From the NCBI GenBank assembly GCA_964016885.1, contig OZ024740.1:208940001-209004000 (forward strand): DNA of 64,000 nucleotides, written 5' to 3'. The stretch comes from Eledone cirrhosa (Eukaryota). Numbering within the stretch: position 1 is the first letter of the stretch; each line of letters starts with the position of its first letter. A model generated the notes under the pieces. The model was not told the DNA's origin. It saw nothing but the letters and a program-made list of their open reading frames with translations, and did no database searches. A program made the translations under genes and the position numbers. Positions 12,340 to 26,127 of this stretch are shown here, piece by piece.

Positions 12340-14995
12340 ATATATATTGTTATACTTGGGGAGGGTCATATTGTTGTAATAATATTACCAGAAATAATAA
12401 CAGAACACACTCACTGTTTGGTTGGTTTTCGCTTCTGTATCTTTTATATCTCCACAGTTAATTCATTCGGTCCTCAATGTTTACCATTGACTGATCAACG
12501 GCCAAAAATACAGATATAATATAGATATAAACACATATATATATAGTCTAACAAAGTTCTTTCGTTGCACATCTCCAATATCGTCAGTGGTATTATTATG
12601 TTCCTCCTGGTGTATTGTACGCCATCTTTATTTTATCTGTTTATTTATTTATTTATTTATTTATTTATTTTTCTCTTCTCTGCGCATGTGTTTGCGTGTG
12701 TGTATAGTCTTTAGTGTGTGTTCGCGTTTGGGTGACTGTGTTTTGGTTATTGTATTCTATCTTAGTTTACTAGTGTGTGTTTATATGTGTTTGTTGTTAT
12801 TGTGCTTGTGTATATATTTATTTATTTATATTTCTCTTAAGTCAGTATTGTTTGTTTGGGTGTTGTTGTTATTCCATTCATTTTTTTCTGTTTAGCTTTG
12901 GCCTTCTAAGTTCTATTTCACTTGCCTCTCTGATTTGCCTATCAGCTGGATCATTTCTATGTTTAGATATTATTTTAATTTCTATGTTTTCTATGTTACC
13001 GTCATGTTGTTGTCTAGCGTGTTCGTATAGTACTGAACCGTTTTTTCGTCCTTTTAGTTCCCCCCAGTGTTGGTCTATGCTTTCTCCTATGTTACGAGCT
13101 GTCTGGCCTATGTATGTTGTTGTCATGTTTCTGCAAGTACCCTCTGTATATCTTATGCTATAGACTACGTTTCTAGTTTTACAGTTTATCCGGGGGTTTA
13201 CTTTACATAATACACATTTCCTATTAGTACAGTGGGTTTTCTTAAAAGGGTATATTTTGCTGATCAGGGATTTTATGGTAGTTCCTAGCTTTTCTACCAC
13301 TTTAATCTTTAAGTGGGTCTTTCTCAGGGCCTTTCTACACTGATTAGCTAATTTCCTTCCAGGGGTAGCGTCCACGAACATGACACAGGTATCTCTAGTT
13401 GTCGTACCATGAGGTGGCTTTCCCCTTCTTATGTTTAGTCCTATCTAAGCTATTCCATGATTTGCTCCTGTATAATGGGAAAATTCCTTTCATGTCCAGT
13501 TCTACGAGGGTCTTATACTTCTCCGTGGCTCCTTCGTATACTCTGATTCTGTCTCTTTTGTTGTAGCCAGAGAACTGCATGCGGTTGATGAAGTGTTGGA
13601 TGTGTCTTTCCATTTCTGTTGGGTCGCACATGCGGGACACGTTCTTCATCACTCGTACCAAGTCTGCGATCAGAATATTAAACTTAGCACTACTGGACAT
13701 TGCTGAGTTTTTGAGTATCAGGTATTTGGAGGCCGTGGGTTTAGTGTAGTGTGAGTGGAGAATTTGGGTCCTCTCGTCTATAGTGTTAATCCAGAGTTCC
13801 GTGTCTAATACAGGTAGTCTACTGTTAGGGTGTTTGGAAGGGTAGTCGATAGTTACAGTTATACTCTGGTGTATGGAGTTAGCTATCTGCTGGATGCTTT
13901 CCATTGTGTTACATTCTAAATCCTACTTGTTAGTACTCTCTTGTGGGGGGTGTCCTTATTACTATATTAATATCGTCTACGTAACGAGAGTATATGATGA
14001 GGTCTATGGAGCTCTCATCAAGGAGATCTTTGAGTCTCCTTTCCCACCATACCATAAATAGATTGGCAACATCACCAGCTATGCTGACGCCAATGACTGC
14101 TCCCTCATTTTGGGTGTAGATCTCGTTGAATTTGAATATGTGGCTCTTTAGGGTAGTTTTAATACTAGCTCCTATTGCATGCGCGACCATTTTTCTTACC
14201 TTATCATTGTTTTGGGCGTCCGTATGTCTTTGGTCCACCTAATCCACCTTCCCATGGAAGTCTTTTTTGCCATTGAGGTTATGGTGGGGGGTCTACCTCT
14301 TATGGGTCTACTGGGGCAGAAATGGCTAAGGTCATGGCTGTCTAGGTAATCGGTGTCATAGGTAAGTCTAAGTAGGAGGCCCAGTTCGTCTGTGTCGACG
14401 TCGCAGAACTCCACCTCACTCTCACTAATCATCTCCACACATTTTCCCACAGCAAAACCAATGTTAATGGATGGGTATAATGATACCACGTCCGTACTGC
14501 CTATTATGCAGTTAGATAGGTTTTTGTTTTTGTTGCATTCACTGATTCTGCTGAGGAGGTCTTCTGTACTGTCACATACATCTGGGGACATCTTGATTAT
14601 GGGGCGTATTACCATTGAGAGGAAGTAGGAGATCCTGTAGTTGCTAACGATATTGGCTCCGTATACAGGTGTTGTTGGTGGTCCTGTTGTCGGATCGTCG
14701 ACTGTCTTATGGTCTTTGCGGATCCCATACAAGGGTGGTATGTCATTGTTAGACGCCTGGAAGTTGTTGGAAGTGCATCTGCTTGGCTTTAGGATGTCGG
14801 TCCACATCATCATGTGAGCGTTGAGGATCTTCCCTCTCCCCTCATGTGTTTGTTGTGTAATTTCGCTGGTGTTGGTGATGTGGGGTTGCATAGCCTTGAT
14901 ATAGTTCGGCATGCTGTCTATTGACATCCTACCAGACTTATCCGTGGGTAGACATACTACCTCACCATCCCTTGTGCGCTGCTTGAGGCTAACTA
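12340..14995 (-). mobile_element. Penelope-like element, 5'-truncated (RT + C-terminal GIY-YIG)
   Basis: PTDKSG, DVVSLYPSI, YVDD, PVLD, VVYSI..C...YIGQTAR...REA..I...PKLN; degenerate hammerhead (CTGACGA...GAAA) at 12555-12592 downstream of the ORF. Confidence 0.85.
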
Positions 14996-15120
14996 ACTTT
15001 CTTTTTAGATAGATACATAGATATAACGTTGCGCCCTTATAATATTTGTCTGTAAGTCTGGCTGTCTGCATTACGACATTATGACGCTATATGTGTGTGT
15101 GTATATATGTATATATAGTG

Positions 15121-17690
15121 TGTGTATCAGGACACTCAACTTTGTGATATCCTCAGAGCTGCTGCCAGGAAAACAACCACTTATGTTTTTATTGCAGGAG
15201 ACTTCAATCACCCTGAGATTGACTGGGAAATCTTTCGTTGGCCGCCAAGTGCAAATGACTTCCTTGAGCTAGTGCTGGACTCGAATTGGTCCCAAGTAGT
15301 CACCTCCCCAACAAGAGGTGACAACATTTTGGACCTACTCTTCACCTCTACTCCTGAAACGGTCATTAGTGTTACTGCTGAAGAACCTTTAGGTGACTCT
15401 GATCATGCTATGATCATTGCCAATCTATCCCTCATGGGCAGTAACAAGAACCACAACCATCTCCAAACTGCTCACTTTGACTGGAATAAAGCAGACTGGA
15501 ACTGTTACTGCACTGAGTTGCAACGTCCAAACTGGTTTGAGTTCTACGACTCTGGAGATGTCAACACTGTACTCCAGAACATCCTGAGCTCAATATGGAC
15601 AGAATGTGCAGCATCGGTGCCACGTAAGCGGAAAAAACATCCCAAAAATGCAATTTGGGAGACTGCAGCAGTCCGTCTTGCCAGAAAAGAACGTCGCAAT
15701 GCTGAACGTGAGTACAAACTGCACAAATCAGACATTAATAGGAAGAGGCGAAATAGATCGTCCAACCACCCCAAACAGGTGACAAAAAAGGCAGTGCTTC
15801 AATTTGAGCAGCGCAAAGCAACCAGCCCTGACAGTAAGGTGTTCTGGAAGTATGTTCACTCAAAGCAGAGGCCTCACTCTCCAGTTGGTCCTCTCCACAA
15901 TCCCCACACAAGCCAGGTTACTGACGACCCCAAGGAATGTGCAGAGCTCATTGTTGAATGCTATGCAGGCATTTTCACTATTGAAGACCAGAGTGTGCCG
16001 TCTCTACCACCTATGACACCGGATTCTATTACAACCATGGAATTTACACCTGCAATGCTGCGACGTCACCTAAAAAATAAACGCAACCATGCCTCTCCTG
16101 GTCTTGATGGTGTTACGTACCTGCTTCTTAAACGTGGTGGGTACTACCTTCTGCACCAGCTATCACGCTTCTTCCAATTCTGTCTGAACAGTGGAAAACT
16201 GCCAGTGTCATTCCTATGTTCAAAAAGGGTAACCGCACATCACCTGTGAACTATCGTCTTACTAGTTGCATTGCCAAACTGATGGAATCCTGTGTCAGAG
16301 AAACACTTTGGAACTTCTGGAACTCTCACAGTCTTATCCGGCCCTCGCAATTTGGATTTATCCCCAACTCCAGCTGCTGTGATCAACTTATCGAGTTTCT
16401 TGAAGACATCACCCGGATCACTGATGGCGTCTCATGGGTGGTTGTTGTTTACCTTGACTTTGTGAAAGCTTTCAATTCTGTGCCACACAAAAGGCTTATG
16501 GCAAAACTGTCTGCAATGGGTGTGAAGGATGATCTTTTTAACTGATTGAAGTCCTTCATTCTCAGTCGAAGAGAGGCAGTCACGGTTCTGGGACAGCATT
16601 CCTCACCATATGAGATGTCATCTGGTGTACCACAGGGATCTGTTCTTGGCCCCCTTTTGTTTGTGGCATATATTAATGACATAGATGCCAACTTAAAGAA
16701 TGCCACAGTACTAAAGTACGCAGATGACATCAAGCTGTACCTTGAAATAAAAAGGACAGATCCTGAACACTATAGATCTTGCTTGCAGTCTGATCTGGAC
16801 ACAATGCAGCAATGGATCTCAGACTGGCAACTCAAGCTAGCTGTGGACAAGTGTACCACCATGCATTTTGGGAGTAAAAACCCAGCGTCCACATACTCTC
16901 TCCACAACACTAATATCAAGAAGTCTTCCTGTGAATGTGACCTGGGCGTTATGGTCAGCAGCGATTTGCGTTGGACGAAGCACATCTCTAAAATTGCCAA
17001 GAGGGCCGAGGGTGTCTTAGCAAGAACTTTGTCAGCCACTCTCCAGCTATCTATTTAAGGCTGTACATGGCTATGGTGCGGCCACACTTAGAATTTGCAT
17101 CACCAGTCTGGAACCTCTATCTTGCTCAGAACATTGACCGCCTGGAAACTGTTCAGAGACGTGCAACCAAGCGATTACCCTCCATCAGGCATCTACCATA
17201 CTCTGCTCGCCTTGCTTCCCTAGGCATGGATACATTGAAGCTCCGACGCCTGGCAACTGACTTGGTAAACACCCACAAAATCATTAACCATCTTGCCAAC
17301 AACAACCCTGAGTACCTTTTTTTTTTTTTCTATGTGTCTAACACACGTGGGCATGCCCACAAAGTCAGACAACAGCACAGTTCCCATGACTTTCGGAAAC
17401 ATTTTTTCACGCTCAGAGTTGCTGAAGCATGGAACAAACTACCTGCATCAGTTGTTAGCTGTCGAGACACTGCATCCTTTAAGGCCTCCATGCTTCCCGA
17501 GATTCGCCAACACTACAGCTAATGTTCTCCCTCCATACACACACACACACATGTATATCATGACTCATACACTATTCACTTCCCTGACATTTGTATATTA
17601 TTCTATGTACTATACATGCACCTTTGACGAGTTGTAGTGCACCTGAGCACTTTACACAATAATTTCATTACTATTATTATTATTATAAAT
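15121..17690 (+). mobile_element. CR1/L2-group LINE ORF2, 5'-truncated and frameshifted
   Basis: AGDFNHP, TRGDNILDL, SDH, QFGF, YLDFVKAFNSVPH, GVPQGSVLGP, YADD, VRPHLEFASPVW; (ATT)n tail. Confidence 0.9.
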
Positions 17691-17895
17691 GAAAATAGAG
17701 AAATTAATGTAAGCAAAAAGCCGACAATAATTCAGACATATAAGTGACTATTACATCAAGATGGAAAATGTTTAACGTAAGATTTGGGATAAATAATTCA
17801 ATCTTAATTCAAAACAAGTCAAGAAGAAAAATGTTATCCTCAGACTTTGTGTAAGCTGGGGAAAAAAATATTCTGCGTTCACATTGATTTATTTT

Positions 17896-17946
17896 AGTTT
17901 CAGAAGATCCCGTCAAGGGTGAAAGCAGCGCTTCTTTGCTTAAACT
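17896..17946 (+). ncRNA. Variant hammerhead motif (CAGAAGA core)
   Basis: AGTTT-CAGAAGA-TCCC gtcaa GGGT-GAAA-GCAG...TTGC-TT-AAACT; copies on minus at 38952-39001 and 50301-50351. Confidence 0.55.
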
Positions 17947-17954
17947 TTAATCTG

Positions 17955-18035
<81 letters not shown>

Positions 18036-18699
18036 TATATTCGTGCGTGTACAGATATTTTTGCATACACAATAACAAAATATAAACAAACGGGCATACG
18101 TCAAGACGGGCGGTCTCAAAAGTGAAACTAATTTTTGACAGTTACGATTGTGAATTTTTTTTTTTTTTTTACAACAGGTCTCAATAGTGAAAGTATAATG
18201 CAGACACACGCAATTGTATGGATTTCTTAATATATATATATGTGTGGGTGTGTATATGTGTGTATATATATATGTGTGTGTGTATGTATGTATATATATA
18301 TATGTGTGTTTGTATATATATATGTGTTTGTGTCATCATCATCGTTTAACGTCTATCTTCCACGCAAGCATGGGTTTAGACGTATATATATGTTTGTGTG
18401 TATATATGTGTTTGTGTGTATATATATGTGTCTGTATATATATATATATGTGTATGTATATATATATTTATGCACGCATTTGTATGAATTTGTAGGCATA
18501 TATAGATACATCTACAAATTCATACAAATGTGTATGTGTGCATAAATATATATATACATACACATATATATATATACATACACATATATATATATACAGA
18601 CACATATATATACACACAAACACACATATATATACACACAAACACATATATACCACATAGGTACCCTTGTCCCACAAGCGACTCTGCAATTCGTCCACA

Positions 18700-21200
18700 G
18701 ACGTGTTCTTTTGGGAATTTGCAGCAGTTACTGTTCCCTTTCCCTATTGAGATGTGAAACGCGCATTTGGGGGCTTGACACACTTCTTCGCTCACTTGTA
18801 CGAACGTATTTTCTCTCTCCACCACAGGTCGTTGTAATAACATGCACAGATGTCGCCATTAATATCTCTATATCACCCTAGGTGGCACCGACTCATTGTA
18901 CCAGAACCCCGCCTCCATTGGTGAAATGTGTCCCCTCTCCGCCATGGCCTTGATCGTGCGATGATGTCTCTCTATGATTCCTTTTCCACTCGGCCTGTAC
19001 ACCACTCTGAAGAGGCGGCTCACATTCCACCCATCGAGCATCTCTTTCAGCACCGAAACGCCGTGCTATTACTCCTCAACAGTTCATCCACAGAGCCCTG
19101 CTTCAAGAATATCTCTTTTAGCGTCCGTGCGATTTCCTTCACAGTCCCCGTTTTCATCTCCTTCCATATTGCCATCCACTCCGGTTCGCAATCGATTATC
19201 AAGAGATACGTCTCCTGTCAGCAGTGTGTCACATCCATTACCAATCGCTTCCAGTTGTACTCTTCTGGGATGTACCCGTCTCATGCATGGTCTCATCAAC
19301 TAAAATATCGTCGATGTAGGAATTGGTGGCCTTCTTCATCATGTCCACCTTCCCCAGAATGGCCTTGAGAACAGACGCCATGATCTTTGGTGCTCAATTC
19401 AACCCAAACCCCAGCCTGGTCAGGCAGTATGTCAGGCCCTTATACTTGGTCAACTGATACTTCCACAGTTTCTCAAGCTACGTGTAACTGCAGATATGTC
19501 GATTTTAAGTCAACAAACGTGGAGGCCCTCGTCATTTGTTTCCACTCTTGCAAGGTTTCCCCGCAGATATCTATGACATCGCCGCCTGTGTGACATGACA
19601 CGTGTTCATTCAGTTCATGAAAGTCCGGCACTGGCCTAATCTTGTTCTTCATTGGTTGCACTACTGCCATTAACGGCAACACTCCGCTCTTTATCTCCTC
19701 CATCCAGGGGATTAATATGCCCTCCTCGATCCATCTTTGCACCTCTCCTTCAAACCAGCTTTCAGTGTATGCTGATAGCAGTTCTCTAACGTCGGGGGCT
19801 CTCCTTTCCAGTACCACTCAACTGACCGTCGGACACAGCTATGAAATCCTTGTCCTGTATTGTATGAACAGCACATTTTTCTGCGCAGATCTTCCTGTTT
19901 CTCACTCACGGCGCATGGTGTTCCCCCGTTACCAAAGTCACTGTAACGCCCCCCCCCCCCCTAAGCAGCCAATCGCATCCACGCCCATTACAATATCCAC
20001 CACGTTGTCGATCACGATCGCCAGCACCCTTATTTTCATTCCTCGTACCGCAATCTCCACCTCACTGCTACCTCTGCATCTAATTTCCCTGCCGTTGACT
20101 ACCCTTACACTACTCATCTTGCTCCACTGTTTAACCACTCCCTGGTTCATTAATGTCCTTGTCCACAAGGGTTCGTAACAGCCACACGCCCCATCCAAGA
20201 ACCTCCACTACGGGCAGGGACTGCAAGAGCGCCTCAACTCGCTTCCGGGGGTAGCTACCGGCGCAGTAACTCTTCTTTGACCGGTTCCCTGGTTGCAATT
20301 GTTGGAGTTGTGGCCTGCCCGCTCACATCGGTAGCAAATTATTTCAGGCTCCCTGCGGTCCCTTGCCATGTGAGGTCTCTGACATATGAAGTACGTGCCT
20401 CTGAACGCCTGCGGCCGGGCGTTCATGGGGTCTTTTCTCCCCTCGGCGTCCGTTGATCGCTGTCGACTGCTATGGGTTTTCGTTGCTGCTAACGCTGCAA
20501 TATTCCACTCAACACCTCGTATCACTGCGCGAGTCTGTGTGATTAGCTCGCTCATAGCTATTTTGTTGCTACTCGGCAACTGTTGGAGCCTCACCGAAAT
20601 TTCATCGGGGAAACCGTTCACGAACGCCATCCGCAGGGCCCTTTCAAGATTCGGCTAGTGTAACCAACCTCCAAATTTCCGCCGTGGACACGTCCACCTG
20701 CTCTCCCGTCCACCTCACTTTGCCTAGCTTGGCGAAAGCAGCAGAAGGTCCCCCAGTGAATGCTTCCTTAAAGCGCTGCTCTATCTTCTCCGCGTTCAAT
20801 TATTCTGACAAGTTGATTTCGAGATATAATTGTTTCTACAGTTGGCACAAGGCCAGCAATTATCTCAGTGTATTACTGGTACTGTATTTTATCGACCCCG
20901 TAAGGATGAAAGGCAAAGTTAACCTCAGCCCGATTTGAACTCAGTCCGTAAAGGGACGTAACTGTGCTGCAAAGCATGGCGTCCGACCCTCTGCCGATAC
21001 TGCCAATCCACCGCCATATAATGCTAACGCATCACCGTCAAGATACAGTGCCATGAGGCCAGCCACACTTTCGATGACTTGCAGTGTAGCAACCAATTTT
21101 ATCTTTCTAATCCAGGCGATGTGTTCCCCCTCGCTACTGAAGTCTTTGACTACATTGCTACCTATTCTTATTTTCGTCTCCATATTGTCTGCGAGATCGG
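18700..21200 (-). mobile_element. Decayed Gypsy-type LTR retrotransposon internal region (gag, PR, RT, IN)
   Basis: Knuckle CYRCERAGHNSNNC; VLPLMAVVQ..KIRPV.DF; LGFGLNSAP, YIDD; IIERHHRTIK integrase. Confidence 0.8.
20826..21016 (-). mobile_element. tRNA-derived SINE inserted in the Gypsy gag
   Basis: ggcggtggattggcag head, gttcaaatc B box, gcctttcatccttacggggtcgataaaa core; ATATAAT on both sides. Confidence 0.85.
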
Positions 21201-22344
21201 AGAAAGCAAATAATAATTTAAAAAAAAAAACGATGCCTAAATTGTTTGTCGTGGGAAGCGTCTCCACACGTGTCCAGATTGAATATCCCTGCGCGGATGG
21301 TCACCTGTTTTATGTCCGGTCAAAGAATATAGCAAGCCTCACGCACTCATTCATAGCAGTCAGGAACACACACGTCTGCACGGTACCTCCCCTACACTTT
21401 CGACACCCTCGCCCTCAAACCCTTTTCATGACAGCCTGTAAAAGGAGCACTTTATGCAAAGTCATATTTTTTTTAGAGAGAGAAGAGAAAGAGAGAACTG
21501 GGAACTGGTAAAGAGATATAAAAGAAGAATCGACTTCGAAAAGATGTAAGACAAAGCTGATCTCGGCGGTATTAGAACTTGGAGCGCAGAACACCGGAAG
21601 CAATACAGTAAAGCATTCGATTCAATGTGCTAATGACCCTACCAATTTGTCGCCTTCATAATAGTGTATCTAATAACAAAATATTAATGAAGGTTTAACG
21701 TGGTTCTAATAGTTATATGATTCGAAAACTAACGGATTTGTCTCCCCTGCCTTTCTTCACAAGAATTTATCATTAATCTTCATAATTGTTTTCTCAATAC
21801 AAGTGCAATTTTAATAAAGTAACTTTGGAAACAATAGCTAACACAGTTATAGGAAGTGTCTTAACCATTGCGTAATTATATGAAAACAGCAGCCTTCGCA
21901 TAATTGGGGACTCACAACACTGTACGTTAGACATTACGTAACTACATAAAAAAAAAACATTAGCATTTGTTGCATATATTAGCGAATGATGACCCACTCA
22001 GATGGCTGGTTATGCCAAACAGTCATTACTTATTTTATCTATTGGCGCGTAATTCTTAAATCGTTAATCGGATAAACGTTTATCAAGTCTTAATTAAATG
22101 TAATCTGCTGGCATTTCCCCGTGTTAAAAATTCACTAGAGGCTATCTTGATAAAAAGAAATAAAAACATAAACCAATGGCCAGTTGATAATAGATTGACA
22201 TCCAAAACAGTTTCTAAAACAACGTTTGATGTGGATGTTGTTGGTATTGTTGGTGTTTAGACATAGGTCTTTCAATATATCCATGGCAGTGTAAGTATGA
22301 ATGTGTCTGTGTATAAGTATCATTGTATGCAACTGTGTGTGTGT

Positions 22345-22904
22345 ATGAGAGAGAGGCTGAAATGTTCATAGGCTGACCAAGATACTCTTCAGATGAAGTT
22401 TATTATTATGACCAAATGAAGGGCGGTGGATTGGCAGTATCGGTAGAGAGTCGGACGACATGCTATGCAGTATCGAGTTACGGTCCTTTATGGTTTAAGT
22501 TCAAATCCCATCGAGGTTAACTTTGCATTTCATCCTTACGGGGTCGATAAAATAAAGTACCAGTAATGCACTGGGGTCAATTTAATCTACTTTCCCCTCC
22601 CCTTAAAAAATTGCTGGCCTTGTGCTTAAAGTAGAAACAATTATTATGAAACAAATGAGATTTATTTTTCAACATAGTACGAAGCAAAACATCTTTTGCT
22701 TTCATTTGTTTGTATATATCGGGGTCGGCTAAAAAGTTCATAGATACTCTCATGGAATGACCAAATGAGGTTTATTTTTCAACATAGTCCCTGGAAAGAA
22801 ACAAAGCTGTTATTAATAAGAAGAGTTGAAATTAATGCATGCAAGATTTCACAAACATCACCTCATTCATAGTCAGCTTATGAACTTTTCAGCTTACCTT
22901 CGTA
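22345..22904. mobile_element. Mariner-type MITE remnants with a nested SINE
   Basis: gctgaaaagttcataggctgac-like ends at 22355 and 22727 and the reverse complement at 22872-22904. Confidence 0.55.
22421..22645 (+). mobile_element. tRNA-derived SINE
   Basis: Full head, core and 3' end; imperfect TSD ttatga(c/a)(c/a)caaatga. Confidence 0.85.
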
Positions 22905-22940
22905 TTTCTAGTTATCTGTTTGCATATTTCCATCAGTGTG

Positions 22941-22998
<58 letters not shown>

Positions 22999-23264
22999 AG
23001 TGTGTGTCAGTGTGTATGTGTGTGTGTATGTGTGTGTGTATGTGTCTGTGTGTGTGCGCGTGCATCTATGTGAGCCTTTAGATTGAGAAGATGGCGGAGA
23101 TAACTTCCTTTGTCCTGTCATGGAGTGAGCTAGTTTGATTGTCATAAATAAACACACCAAGATGATTATTTAGTTAACATTGTCATTTTTCCAGAGATTA
23201 AATTATGCAAAAAAATAATAAATAAATAAATAAATAAATATTCAAAAGTATGTTTTGATAATTA

Positions 23265-23345
23265 TTGGGTCGTCAAGTATGAAATTTGTAGAAATTTAAA
23301 AAAAAAACCCCAAAATTTCTACAAATTTCATACTTGCCGTTCCAA
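23265..23345. mobile_element. About 80-bp mini-MITE (copy at 45452-45530)
   Basis: TIR gggtcgtcaagtatgaaatttgtagaaattt and its reverse complement. Confidence 0.65.
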
Positions 23346-23944
23346 CAACATTAATAAAAATAAGACTACCTTTAAACAAGTGAAATATATTTTATCATAA
23401 AAATGTGTAGATGATAGCACAATCACCCAACAGGCCAGTTACAATGGCTGTTGTAACCGACTGCGGATTGACATGATTTATTGTTATATAATGGTGTACA
23501 TTTAATTTTATACAAATATGTAAATATGTATGTATGTATATATGTGTTTGTGGATATGTATGTATGTATGCATGCATGCATGTATGTATGTATGTATGTA
23601 TGTATGTATGTATGTATGTATGTATGTATGTATGTATGTATGTGTGTATGTATGTATATATGTATGTATGTATGCATGCATGTATGTATGTATGCATGTA
23701 TGTATGTATATATGTATGTATGTTCTTCTGGTTTTATAATTTTACAAAGTTTTACCAATAGAGAGAGAGTCAGTTTCTAACACAAGACTCTCTCATTGGA
23801 ATTTACACAACATCAACTAGGTAGATATGTATGTCTGCATGCATGTGTAGATATGGATGTTATTGTATGTGTGGATGTGGATGTTTTGAGTTGTATGTGT
23901 GCATGTGTATATGCTTTGTATCTGTAAATGTGTATATGCAGTTA

Positions 23945-24305
23945 TTAGATGCAAAATTTTTGGAATGTTTTACATATTTTTACTGTTCCATTAATGGATT
24001 GTACTTGTAATTTCCTAACTAGTTGTGTTCTTTCTGTTCCTGTGAAGCCTAGCTTCTCAAGATTTGTATTGAGGCAGTTACTAACATACCCCAGTGCCCC
24101 AATAATCACAGGCATAAATCTGAAGGTGTAATCAGGGTGGAGTATCTGCAGATTTCTCATCAGTTCTCCTTTTCACTAATCTTTGATATTATATTGGCAT
24201 CTGCTGGGCAGCTAATTTCCACTACTGTGCATGTTTTCTTCTCTCTGTCCCATATCATAATATCTGGTCTGTTATGCCTGCATTTTATTGGGGTTTTTAC
24301 TGGAA
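23945..24305 (-). mobile_element. 3' fragment of an RLE non-LTR element (second family)
   Basis: RPDIMIWD...VVEISCPAD...MRNLQILHPDYTFRFMPVIIGALG...VKICKTF. Confidence 0.75.
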
Positions 24306-24756
24306 CATATGCAAGGGCCTTGTTTCAGGGGGTACCAGGGGACAAGCCCCCCCCCCCCACTTTTTCAAACGTCTATGTTTTATTATTTGTTTATTTGATA
24401 TAATAAATTCTTTTTAAGCTTCTTTTTTTATATCTGAACATCATTTGAATATTTAAAATTTAATTAGCGTAAAATGTTACTTATGTGATAGGGTGCGGGA
24501 AAGGCACCATAAGCAATACTAACATGCTCCTTTAAGAATCAACAAATGTTGGTTTGTCTCCCTCACATTTTAAAGGCAAACGAGGCCTCTTATGTATGTA
24601 TGCATGTATGTACGTATGTATACATGTATGTATGTATGTGACACTTATACGTACGACATACACACACGCGCATACATACGCGCGCACGCACACGCATACA
24701 TACGCGCGCACACAGCAACACTCATACATACAAACAAACACACACGCTACTCACTT

Positions 24757-24828
<72 letters not shown>

Positions 24829-25159
24829 CCGTCATTACTGATACAAGATTACAAGATTATGTCAAATGTTGACTTTCAAGAGTTTGTATAGTTGAAGCCG
24901 TTCGTATTACAGTCCAGTATTATTATATTTGCTTTATAGCATAGAGCTATGGCTCTCCACGCTCTGAGCTTAAATCCCGCCGAGGTCAACCTTGCCTTTC
25001 ATCCCCACGGAGTCAACAAAAGAGAGTACCAGTAATGCGCTGGACCAGTCGCTGGATCCGTGCCAAAAGCAGAAAAATTATTATTATTAAAGTTGTTTTC
25101 TTAAGGCCCGGTCGCTGGTGATGGTGATGGCGGCGGTGAGTTTTTTTTTGCGCGCGCGC

Positions 25160-25441
25160 GGGCACATAGAAATAATCGGGCTGGATGCCCGATCGCGCAG
25201 TTAAACCACTGGGAGTGAAGAACCCCTAGCCCTTGTCAGGGCATTCTTCTAGGAGAAGGCATCTCAGGAAACTGGGTTAACTCCGACATAAAACCTGCGG
25301 CTCAGTAGTTGCCGTTGATGTTGATTTTTTCTTCTTTTCGGGTTATAGCTACTGTCGCTCAGAGAGTGGGATTGGCTCAGTGCACAGTCTTTCCTCACTT
25401 TAAAAATATTCGTCACGCACAGGCATTGCACGAGTGCATTA
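25160..25441 (+). mobile_element. RTE-type 5' UTR fragment
   Basis: Similar to the 5' half of 34201-34790; may be the detached 5' UTR of the RTE at 32020. Confidence 0.6.
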
Positions 25442-25489
25442 ATAATTATTAATAGTGTATTATTATTATTATTATTATTATTATTGTTA

Positions 25490-25891
25490 TTACTCTTTGA
25501 GTCTCAGTCCTTGATGTTAATTAACAGGAAAGTTTGTTGAAATGAATATCAAGCCACTACCTGCAGCCTCAGATATTCAGGACGTATCGGAGGGTTCTTG
25601 CTGTTCCCAGCAATCATGCCTTTTGAAGCGTTCCAAAAAGCGTGAAGGGGCCAATTTTCTTTAACCATCCCTGGAAACTTTTTGAGATAGTCCCTAGTGT
25701 GCCTATGACAATCGGGATCACTTTGACTTCATGGCAGTTCCAAATCCTTTTTACCTCCCACTTTAAGTCCTGGTATCGGTTAATTTTATAATATCGGTTA
25801 ATTTTCTCCCCCTCCTTCTCTTGCACTCTCGTGTCGAATGGGCAGGCCACATCCACAATCAGGCACGATCTTTTTTCTTTGTACAAAACCA
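25490..25891 (-). mobile_element. R4/Dong-like RLE 3' fragment (paralog of 6260-6645)
   Basis: ORF 25614-25892, with a small KINRY tandem duplication. Confidence 0.8.
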
Positions 25892-26127
25892 ATTATTATT
25901 ATTATTATTATTGAATGCTATGGTTGACGGAGGCTCGGCTCTGTAAGGTATTGTAAATTTTGAACGCTATAACAATTGTAAATTGTTTAAAACTTAGACC
26001 AACTTGTAGACAAAACACCCTCCTCCTCGTGAGAGGGGTCTTTCTGCCCGTTATTTGGCCCTTCGGGGTTAAATAACTGCTCATTGGGGTTTTGTACCCA
26101 ATATTTATTTTTAACAAAAAAAACAAC

